DNA from: Laetmonice hystrix
Taxonomy: Eukaryota
DNA: 64,000 bases
Direction: 5' to 3'
NCBI GenBank assembly: GCA_965235115.1
Contig: OZ249447.1
Coordinates: forward strand, 8,122,001-8,186,000
In this document: positions 13,701 through 25,700 of the stretch, one piece after another
How the letters are laid out: each line of letters opens with the position of its first letter
How positions within the stretch are numbered: position 1 is the stretch's first letter
The notes under the pieces: model-generated
Seen by the model: the letters and a program-made list of their open reading frames with translations, nothing else
Told to the model about the DNA's origin: nothing
Database searches by the model: none
Made by a program: the position numbers and the translations under genes

Positions 13701-16700
13701 TCAAACCACTTTCAATATCCAGTTAAAAACGTTTCCCATCCTTCATGAGGTCGGCTAGTATTGAAGGTGACTATACGCTGACGAGGACCGAGAAGATGGT
13801 GCCGGGTGCGGTGACTATGTGCTGACGAGGACCGAGAAGATGGTGCCGGGTGCGGTGACTATGGGCTGACCAAGACCGAAAAGATGGTGCCGGGTGCAGT
13901 GACTATGTGCTGACCAGGACCGAGAAGATGGTGCCGGGTGCGGTGACTATGTGCTGACGATGACCGAGAAGATGGTGCCGGGTGCGGTGACTATGTGCTG
14001 ACCAGGACCGAGAAGATGGTGCCGGGTGCGGTGACTATGCGCTGACCAGGACCGAGAAGATGGTGCCGGGTGCGGTGACTAGGCGCTGACGATGACCGAG
14101 AAGATGGTGCCGGGTGCGGTGACTATGTGCTGACCAGGACCGAGAAGATGGTGCCGGGTGCGGTGACTATGCGCTGACCAGGACCGAGAAGATGGTGCCG
14201 GGTGCGGTGACTAGGCGCTGACGATGACCGAGAAGATGGTGCCGGGTGCGGTGACTATGTGCTGACCAGGACCGAGAAGATGGTGCCGGGTGCGGTGACT
14301 ATGTGCTGACCAGGACCGAGGAGATGGTGCCGGGTGCGGTGACTATGTGCTGACCAGGACCGAGGAGATGGTGCCGGGTGCGGTGACTATGCGCTGACCA
14401 GGACCGAGAAGATGGTGCCGGGTGCGGTGACTATGTGCTGACCAGGACTGAGAAGATGGTGCCGGGTGCTGTGACTATGTGCTGACGAGGACCGAGAAGA
14501 TGGTGCCGGGTGCAGTGACTATGTGCTGACGAGGACCGAGAAGATGGTTCCGGGTGCGGTGACTATGTGCTGACGATGACCGAGAAGATGGTGCCGGGTG
14601 CGGTGACTATGTGCTGACGAGGACCGAGAAGATGGTGCCGGGTGCTGTGACTATGTGCTGACCAGGACCGAGAAGATGGTGCCGGGTGCTGTGACTATGT
14701 GCTGACCAGGACCGAGAAGATGGTGCCGGGTGCGGTGACTATGTGCTGACCAGGACCGAGAAGATGGTGCCGGGTGCGGTGACTATATGTGCTGACCAGG
14801 ACCGAGAAGATGGTGCCGGGTGCGGTGACTATGTGCTGACCAGGACCGAGAAGATGGTGCCGGGTGCGGTGACTATGTGCTGACGAGGACCGAGAAGATG
14901 GTGCCGGGTGCGGTGACTATGCGCTGACGAGGACCGAGAAGATGGTGCGGTGACTATGTGATCAGTGGAGGCAGTCACGTGCAGGCCCGGCCCACTGCCG
15001 ACCGTACCCGCTGGTCGAGGAGGGTGGAGTATGTCCAGCACGACCCACTTAATTGTTCCTGGCCACTGAAGCCTGGCAACCAATACTCGAAGGAATAGTT
15101 TGTAATGTGCGTGTGTTGGGGATGAATTAGTGGGGTGGGTGGGTGGCATAACGTGACTGTCTATATGTGGTTATATGAGGATGCACGTGCGTGCGTGCGT
15201 GTCCCGGGTGGCCTGTTGATGCTCAATGACTAAGCCAGTCAATACTTGCTCCATGTAAGCTCATTAGATAATATGATCCATATTTTATATGCCACTGGAT
15301 AGATTCCTAAGGACTGACACGGAACCTGGACGAGCTACTCTTATTGTGAGCACCTCTTAAAAGTTCCTCTGCTCGCCACCAATGAGAGTACATTCTGGTA
15401 CGTCATCTTTCTATGGAGTATCACCACAGAGTACCTTGCCTATTCTGTGGTATCACTCTGTATGGGCGAGTCGTGGATTATACACCCCCTCCCCTGCATC
15501 CACGCCATCGTTTAAGGGGGAAAAAATCCAAACATTTATTACTTCATCGTTGCCGTTTTTCCACGGAGAGAAAAAGAGGCAAAATGAGACTTGTTAATGA
15601 GACATCACTATCGTCTGCAGCTGGGCCAGGCTACAATGTATGATATTTCAATGGTAAACTCAGCACATCTACAGCAGTACCGCCGCCAAGCCTGCTGCCA
15701 CTGGCCATACACACTTAGCATTAGCCCATATTCATGAGCCACGCGCCATACGCTGGTGCACATTGACAGTGATTCAATTAGCTTGGCTCTTAGAAAGACA
15801 ACCGTATTACCAGCTCGAGCAGTGTTCGGAGGCGAGTAGGAATTCTTCAGACATCTATTCTGCCTTCCATTGTCGTGTGACCTTCGATCCGACCTGGTCG
15901 TTTTCTAATGATATGTTCCCTCCCACCGTCAACTCGCTCCACTGATTGCTACATACTAGGCCTCATTGATAACTCTTATATTGTTCTCTCAATCATGTTT
16001 ATTGAGGCTTCCCAAGCTTCCTGTATGTGTAAGCGCTTGTATGGCACATTCACGGCACGTCTGAGGTATTACATCTCGGCAGTTATTAGAAGACAAAAAC
16101 TATGGAGAATGTAGTCCCCGACATCACGCTTGTCTTCTCATGTGAAACCACTAACTCCATATGATAACCTCCCCATCCCACCAGAATCAAGTATTCCTTG
16201 AGTTGTATCCATAGGTCATTTATCCCAGAGGCTTAGAAAACCTGGCAAGCCTTAATACACATGATCTGCATATCCAGTTAGGAATGCACATATATCAACT
16301 CATATCTTAGTGGGCGATTCTGTCTCGGTTTACGCCTCAATCCTATACTGCCCATCGCAGTACATCAACTTTAGGCGCACTCCACCACCCTCTTGTGAAA
16401 TTAGTGTTTATAAGTACCGTGAAATTATCACTTTACGACTGAAGTCTAGTGAAGCACATTGTCAGTTATACAGGAGACACTCAGCACACGACACTTAGGG
16501 CAATCAGTAAACTATGCAAATAACACTGCAGAAAAACTTTAAACGCGTCTATATAAGACTGCAAATGTAGCAGCCGCCAGGACAAATAGGATCATTTATT
16601 AAAGTGAATGCACTCTTTTTGTCCTTTAAGATCTGAGTAATGTTTTGAGTGCTTGTTTTTACACATTTATAGTTACTCTAATCCTCTTTGAACTTTGATT

Positions 16701-19700
16701 CCTTGTCCTTTTTTTAAGCAGAAAATAGTTACAATAACCCTGGTTAGGGATGGATTTCTAGGGGCGAGATTCACGAGACCTACTCATACTGCATAAATAC
16801 GCTGTAGGTGACAAAATAGCACTGTTACACTGTATGCTACAAAATAGCACCGTCACACGACCGGTTCTAGAATAGCACGATTATGCGGTCGGCTTTAAAA
16901 TAGCAAGGTGACACTAAAGAGCCGACTGAGATATGAGAAATGTTTTCATGGAGTTATTATGATTGTACTGACGCTGCAATCTGTCAACAGGCGGGCGGGG
17001 GAGGTGGTGGTGGTGGTGGTGGGTGTGGTGGTGGTGGTGGTGGTGGTGGGGGGGGGGGTGCTGGCTGTGTACTGGGGATCCCGACTTAGATTACGTCACA
17101 CCAGACACCAGAAGTGGCAAGCAACAATTGTTCAGATGTTCCCTTAAGCCAGAAAATGACATTGGTGCGCATCAGGATGCCATTAGGCGCCGCGCTGGCA
17201 ACTGTAGACAGTCAATCTCGATCTACTGTTTATTCTGGTGTCCGCTCCAGGGGTGACTAGGTGGGAGAGAATTATTATAGGATCCTCCTTTATACAGCGC
17301 TGGGTGGGTGGGTGTTAGCGGGGGGGGGGGGGGGGGTAGGAACCAGGCCCGTGCCGGACAAACCGATTACAGTCTCTCCTCATTACTACACCCAGTACCA
17401 CCACCACCGCACTCTCCCTAATCAGATTAGCGCACACACTGTCTCCCGAAATGTCCATTTCAGGTCTCTATATACCAAGTGAGTGCTTGTGTAGGTTGTA
17501 GCTTTAGACAGATTCTGTAGTGGCGACATTCACGCTACCATTGGTCAGGAGGTGTTGGCCTGTGGTGAGTATAGTCTCAGTAACATTACTGAGGTGATTA
17601 CTGGCAATGTCATCATCTCAGGCTGGACATTACCAACAAATAAACAAGAGTGCTGCCATTGTTTTAACATGCCGACATCCACAGGCAATGATTACAAGTC
17701 AATCTCCTGTCAGTTTGCCACAAATAGAACAGTCGGTCAGCAGAGATTAAAGTGTGCCACCGATTTCTTTGCCAGGTCACCATGGTGACTGAGGACAGGT
17801 TGTCTGGCCTCGTTCTGGTTAGGCTGCCAACTAACTAGCATCGCACTTCGGGTTAATTAGCCAAGTAAGGCCACACAGTTTCCCGACCAGAAAGTTTTAT
17901 TACCATCATGGTCTGGATTTGTGACACTGAGAATTTTTTAAATGTCAAAAATAACAAAATGCTTTTTCCCCCATTCCAAGAACTCCAGAGAGCAAAATTA
18001 AAATGTGCTGAAGATAAAGTAGACCCACCTATTAACATACACAATACATTTTTTGTATTTGTTGGACAGAAATCATATCAAGGCGGAAGTCTCATGTCTG
18101 TTAATTATTAAAACTTCCGTACGAGGTACATGTATTAATTATTGTATGAAAATGTGGAACGTGATCGTGTGACCTTTCACGGCTACATGGAAATCCTAAT
18201 ACCGAATGGTAATCTGAGTGTAAGATGTTAGACGGTGGAGTGAGCGGCAGACCAGGGTGGCATGGGGATTGATACCAGACACCCTGTCCGGGTGTCCTAC
18301 AGTCCGCACATCGGCATCAATTTACGGCTCCATTTAGTCATGTCACTCCAACCACTGAGTATAGAATGACCAAACCAGTGTCGTTATCCATTACACCTAC
18401 CAGGGAGGAGCGACGGAGCGCAAGTTTTCAGCTTACATCAGGAAAAGATTTCTCGACCTTACTGATTCTGTAGATCAATGAAAACATTGTGACTATTTTC
18501 AACTTTCAGCGTAGCCCTCCTAATATATTCTCTTTCAACAGGTCTCCTACTCATACACGGACTCACTGGTGGCTATGCTTCAGACGATATACGTTTAAAA
18601 AACCTCAAACATTCAGCACGCATTCTATAGAAATAAAACCATTAATGGTACGCATTGTAAATACTCGCATACTGAGTATGATTACTATGTACCTAAAATA
18701 TACTGTAATCACCTTATCTGGCTTTATAGCGATAAGTCAATACCAAGTCGCCACTGTCTGCCCATATTATAAATCAACCCACTCATCCCCAACATGAATG
18801 CTGCAATGTTCCCGATATTGCGATATAACAGCTTTAAATAATGAGCCACAAATTTCAAAATGTCTTGATGCGGCAGGATAAAGTGGGGTTTTACTTAGTG
18901 CAGTTACTGGTGGGTGTGACGTAATCGGAGTCTGGGGCGGGGGTGGGTGCACCTTGTCATTGTCGCCAGTCGCACTGTATGAGTCAGAGTGTGACGAAAT
19001 GTTCAGGATATGATGCCTCAGTTTTACTCGTACTCTACACACTGACAACAGGCACATGCTGAGGAATGGTTGGGTCTGCTGGCTGCTGTTGCTGGCTGCT
19101 GCTGTTGCTGGCTGCTGCTGCTGCTGCTGCTGGCTGCTGCTGGCTGCTGCTGCTNNNNNNNNNNNNNNNNNNNNNNNNNNNNNNNNNNNNNNNNNNNNNN
19201 NNNNNNNNNNNNNNNNNNNNNNNNNNNNNNNNNNNNNNNNNNNNNNNNNNNNNNNNNNNNNNNNNNNNNNNNNNNNNNNNNNNNNNNNNNNNNNNNNNNN
19301 NNNNNNNNNNNNNNNNNNNNNNNNNNNNNNNNNNNNNNNNNNNNNNNNNNNNNNNNNNNNNTGGTGAAGGCACTGAAGACACGTAACAAGCATCAGCTGC
19401 TGGCCTGGCACTGGTAGCGGGTAAGCTGGCTGGCTGCCCTTAAGCCCACTTAAAGCCTGATCAGTTCCACCCCGCCTTCCTACGGTCAGACCCCCACCTC
19501 TGGTGTGATCATAACCAACACAACTGGCTAATATAATACTGGCGGACAAAACCAAAACACTCATCTACCCTGTCCCTATTGTAGTCATGGCAACCATACT
19601 GAGGCCATTTATTAAATATTAAGGAGTTCCGTGACGTTGCTGCCGGGGTTTGTATTGAGGTGGGACCCGGGTATAAGCAGACTCGGGGGTGTCAGCTACT

Positions 19701-22700
19701 ATGCGTTATGATGCCGGTTCGGCGTAATTAGGTACACATGTAGCAACTTCGGGGAGGCGACCAATGGGATGGTAATTGGGACGTTCTCGGCAGACCCCCC
19801 CCCCCCCCGCCCCCGCTCCTTCCTGGTCACTTCCTCACACAGACAGCCAGGCTCCGTGCTGTAGGGCAGGGAGGCTGACCGGCTTCCTTCATGGGCAGCG
19901 GTCGTAATGATACGTTCTGACTACTTTAACAAGAACGCCGTCCATAATCTATTTACAGATTTCACGGTATAAAACCCTTATCCCTTCCAAGGACCGACTG
20001 AAGCTGAAGAAGGAGGTTTAGTTCAATATCGGGGCAGGGGGCAGTCAGTCATCCGATGACAATGGTATTGGTATACACTGGGGCGGAGTTTTTTGTCATA
20101 TTTTCCTGAATGGCTGGTTTCAAGAATGTACTGTGGGTCCTGAAGGGCTGTTTCGTTTTTATAGGCAATATTTCACTGACGTCTGACTACAAGACTACAG
20201 ATGGTGCCGACACCCACGCACACTGGGCCTACCTAGCATGGCTGACTTCATACAATCAAGATACAGCGATCCAAGCCTGCCTGGTCGCTTCATTCCCCGC
20301 CCTGACACGACCTGAGAGTTTGTTCATGTAGGCTTCAGTGAATAAACAGACACACTGCTTACAACCTGCGTCTACAGAGGCGTGGGAAGTGACGGGTCGT
20401 GGGAATGGGAGGCCGCAGGGGTCAGAGATACGGGAGTCAAGTGATGGGCTGACCATTACCTCGGTACTGACCAACACAGACTGACAATTAGTCAGTACAG
20501 TCCCTCTTACCATTTTTTCAACCGTTCCTCGAATTTTCTTGACTATTTATCATTGTCTTGGTGAACATTATAAATTTATCGTATGCCTGAGTCCTTATGC
20601 CGTAACTTGTCAGATACATTGATAAACTATACCCGTACACAATTATTTAGGGGGACTTACTTTTGTTGAGGTGTATAGAATAGAAGCATCTAAAATAGTT
20701 TTGCAGGGTTGAACATGGTATCAACTACCATATTCAGCTGTGTATATATTTTGTTGTTTTTTTATTAAACCACCGGGTTACCTTCAATCACCTAAAATTT
20801 TACAAATGTACATTTGTACACATGTCTGACCACGTGGCATTGACTAGCACCATGGGCCTTTTTCCCTATACTACTTGGCATTTTTGACCTGCCTCAAAGG
20901 CCTTTTTCATATACTACTTACAGTGCTGCCTTTTGATTTTTTGTACTGCTCTATAGGTCGGGACAAGGGGAAGTATGTTATATTTCAATAATTTTTAATC
21001 TTTCCATGTTATTGTTTTGTAACAGAAATACAGCGATACTATATTCCTGTACCGTTATAATATCGGACAGAAAGGCATGCTGCTTCTCTAGCCTCAAGAA
21101 ATGTTGTTCACCCCTACCTCTCCTGTCCACCTACTTTTTACCCTCCCAATCACTCCAGTTCTTAACTTCTTGACTCCAACTAAGGCGTACGGGAGTGAAT
21201 GAAGATAGATGGTCGTGTAGCACCACCTGCAGTCATCATGCGACCACTCATCGGAGCTGACTGATGATGGGCTCGGTCTGTGTGAGTACCGCCCCAACCG
21301 TCCTCGCTAATAATCCGTGAACACATGCCCCCACACAAAACTAAGTGCTCTCAATCATCACAACGGAACCCCGTCAACGTCTGCTTGACCAACAACAACA
21401 AACACCTGCACAATACTACCTCCTTTCAAAGATTACTTTGGTTACACGTCTTTTGTCTACCACCCTTTCTGATCTGAAAAGACATCGGCTACTGGGTAAT
21501 TTCTTTGGAAGTTGTATTGTAATATATTATTATCATATATATCATATATGACCAGGAATCCCTGGACGCCGTTCTCACCATAATTCTATGCATTTAGTGA
21601 GGCGCACCGCTTTGGTTCACCTAGTAGTAGGGAGAAATCTAAAACCATCTCCTCGTTTCCTGTACATTTTCCCGTTTCTCAGATTGCAACATGAGTAATG
21701 ACTGGGCCCCGTTTTGACTTCCAAATGACAGGTAATTTGTTAACTGTGGGCTAGCCCCTGGAGTGTACTGGTCGGAGGTGTTTGTCGCTGTAAGATTCTT
21801 CATCAAACCACGCCCTGTGTGAATGACACTGAACTCTGACCACTCCCCCTGATCTACACCCCGGCGGCCATCAACCAACATGGGTTAACCTACATCGACA
21901 TGACAACATTGATCAGAGTACTTCCTTAGCTCTCTCTCTCTCTCAGAGACAGCGGGACATATAAACCAGTCATATTATAAATGCAAAGTTTTTGTTGTTG
22001 TTGTGGGGGGTATGGAATTTGGTGTTGTTCAATGAGGTTATACTGACTTGACCTGAGCTTATACATGTGTAGTTATAGCACGAGTACTGGCGTCCTCCAC
22101 CCACAAGAATTTGTTTTAGGCAGTGAGTTGATATGGTGGTGATCTAGGCCTGTGATATCTACGTCCATGGCAGTGAGTTGATATGGTGGTGATCTAGGCC
22201 TGTGATATCTACGTCCATGGCAGTGAGTTGATATGGTGGTGATCTAGGCCTGTGATATCTACGTCCATGGCAGTGAGTTGATATGGTGGTGATCCAGGCC
22301 TGCGATATCTACGTCCATGGCAGTGAGTTGATATGGTGGTGATCTAGGCCTGTGATATCTACGTCCATGGCAGTGAGTTGATATGGTGGTGATCTAGGCC
22401 TGTGATATCTACGTCCATGGCAGTGAGTTGATATGGTGGTGATCTAGGCCTGTGATATCTACGTCCATGGCAGTGAGTTGATATGGTGGTGATCTAGGCC
22501 TGTGATATCTACGTCCATGGCAGTGAGTTGATATGGTGGTGATCTAGGCCTGTGATATCTACGTCCATGGCAGTGAGTTGATATGGTGGTGATTTAGGCC
22601 TGTGATATCTACGTCCATGGCAGTGGTTGATATGGTGGTGATCTAGGCCTGTGATATGTACGTCCATGGCAGTGAGTTGATATGGTGGTGATCTACCTGT

Positions 22701-25700
22701 GATATGTACGTCCATGGCAGTGAGTTGATATGGTGGTGATCTAGGCCTGTGATATCTACGTCCATGGCAGTGAGTTGATATGGTGGTGATCCAGGCCTGT
22801 GATATCTACGTCCATGGCGGTTTGCCTCAGTGTCACCCGTGCCCCCTGACCAGTTCCCGTCGTTACGTTACAGACTGACAAGCCTAACTCCATCAGGCAA
22901 TGTTTACGATGGTATCAGCAGCTGCCGATGGGTATGCAGGAGAATGTCTGGGGCCAGGTCAACACAAAGCAGCCAGGCGATATCAATTTACTCTCCAATT
23001 AGCAGGTCTGGTTCTGCTACTGTCTCACTGAATGGCAGAGATATTCGGAGGAGACGGGAGTGTTGGCTGCTGGCTCGCAGCAGTTGTCAATATGAGGTGT
23101 TCCTACTGATCTCAGCTTCAGTGTCACCAAGAAACTTGTACGTGTATTTTGGCCCTTACCATCTTGGGGTATGACAAAACGGAGGGTGAAACCATGGTGA
23201 TAGCTTGACTGCTATTTGACTGCCATGATAAGTGGACATTGTATGGTGTAATCGTTCGTATCCTGTCTTTGTTAATTGGACTAACAGATGCAAACGTCTC
23301 AGTTCAGACGCGTTGTGGTAGGTGGCGATACACGAGGACCGAACTTTAACTCGCCACCTGCCTGGTATGATAAACAGTGTCCGGGCGTGGCAGCCATCGT
23401 GTCCAGTTTTGGGAGCACGTAATTTGGTGGAGCGCTGCCCCCAACTGAAGGCGTCCACTGGAAGACTGGCCATTGATCCCCCACACCATTTAATCTGGCT
23501 GCACTACACCTTCAATTAATCATTTGTACGGCAACAAGCCGCCCTTCAATCCATACCTGTATCATAATGTGTTTGGCTGGGGCTAGTGGGAGGGGGTTCT
23601 CGGACAGGTACTTCCAGGGTCATTACTAATATTGTACATAATGGTCCTCAAAATAAACTCAATCATTTGATGACGAAAGAGAGAGAGACAGGAGGGAGGG
23701 GGAGGGGNNNNNNNNNNNNNNNNNNNNNNNNNNNNNNNNNNNNNNNNNNNNNNNNNNNNNNNNNNNNNNNNNNNNNNNNNNNNNNNNNNNNNNNNNNNNN
23801 NNNNNNNNNNNNNNNNNNNNNNNNNNNNNNNNNNNNNNNNNNNNNNNAAGATAGAGAACAGAGAGATAAATCCAAGATAGCGGTCCTATTATTATGGAGT
23901 CCCACAGTCCGTGCTAGAATTCTGTCTCCTTATTTCTTTTCCCGCGTAAATACGAGATGCCATGATTGATAAAAAATATGATCCTGATCAATTGTAAAAT
24001 TTCCTATCAGGGACAGATCATTATATTCCGCTACACTCGAGCCAGTTCAGTGAAGGCCACCATCATCCTAATCAGCACACATGGTTGGTCGTTTGAAGTC
24101 ACCTTCCCCTCGCTGTGAAAGTTTAATTACAAAAGACAAAGACATTTGGGATCAGAAGCCACGTCGCTAAGTCTCTTGCCAGTTGGTGGCATTAACAAGA
24201 ATGTTGGGGTGGTGCGCTGGGGGCCACAGGCCACCCTCCCCACCCATCCGACTAATTAACGTCATTTTGTTTCAAGTCTCCTGGAGATGATTTCTTCAAA
24301 CTATGATGGGGCGACGGCTGTGTAACCAGCTTGAGTACACCTTCAGTTAACAGTAGTCTTGTTCAAATCGCTGCCCTGCAGAGACCTCTGGATTCAAACT
24401 GAGTTAATAAACAGTACTACCCTCAGCATGGCGGCTGTGTAGTTTTCAATTTACCACTAAAAGTTCTACTATAGCATTACAGTGATGATTATACTGAAGC
24501 TGTCCTTTAAACCTCACCGTCCTCCAAGTTGAATATCGCATGGCTGACATTAATCGTGTACTGAGACAGGACCTGCATGTACTACATCAGGCTGACCTGC
24601 ATGTCTACTACATCAGGCTGACCTGCATGTCTACTACATCAGGCTGACCTGCATGTCTACTACATCAGGCTGACCTGCATGTCTACTACATCAGGCTGAC
24701 CTGCATGTCTACTACATCAGGCTGACCTTTATGTCCCGGGAAGTCCTTATATTACTTTTCCTTCCATAATTCCTAATCAGAGATTGTTAAGTAAATGTAT
24801 TCAGTGGTTCCCATGAAGCAGGTAATGTATTACATATCCAGCCAATCGTTTGCGATTCCCATTCCCTCCTCTTCCCTCTAACTCACTCCAGCCGCTCTCA
24901 GCGAACGCTGACAGCATCTTATAACCTTCCATAATTACCGGTATGCCATTGCACAACCTTTGGCCATGAGAACACTAACATTATGCCTCCTTTCTTTCCC
25001 CCACAGTCGCTGGTTGCTATGGAAATACACGTATGTGGGAGGCTATGTTTGGGACATTATTCCCTACTGACGATGATTCCAGGTGACAGCGGCCTGTAAC
25101 AAAGTGCTAGCCTGACCTTTATTGGTGTTGCGAGGGTGGACGCCACGGGCGGGCACAGGCACCACTGGCGCCACCTATGGGTGCCACTCACATCAAGCTC
25201 TCAGGCCGGTAGGGACATGGAACCCGTCACAATGAGCGGGGATCTCCAGTCTGGCAAAACAATATTTTCGTGATCTTAGGGGCTTGACATTATATACTTC
25301 ACCCGGCCATGATGAGCAAGATTCACACACATTTTTTACAACCTGCTTACCTTCAAGTGAAACCTGTCTGTGACTATATGAGGTTATATATAGAAGACCA
25401 CCTGGCTGTACACGATGACCAGGTCCGTCTCAGGTATACCTAATTAGGGATCGGTATGGGGGCGGTTCTATTTACATACCGATATGTATCTTCTAACCAT
25501 GGACGGCACTGAAAGTGCAGTGCCTGAGGAATTGGCTGCCGTACGAGCTGGCAGGCAGGGTGCGTTCCTGCTACCGGTGGAGGTGGGACTGCCGGGCGGC
25601 AAGCCGAGTGGCCGTCTCCGCCTACACACAGCCTGAGACGTCCCTGGTTAGGGGGCCGGCAGGTCGGGGTCAGGGACCGGTGGGACTGCCGGGCGGCAAG

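Noticed and set aside
16812-16910. AAATAGCAAG resemblance to the SpCas9 tracrRNA/sgRNA scaffold
   Set aside because: Only about 10 nt match with no flanking scaffold sequence; coincidence.
18767-19564. Poly-Gln/Ala/Ser and X-containing ORFs (also 10593-11066 and 23586-23969)
   Set aside because: They are open only because of CTG repeats and N gaps.
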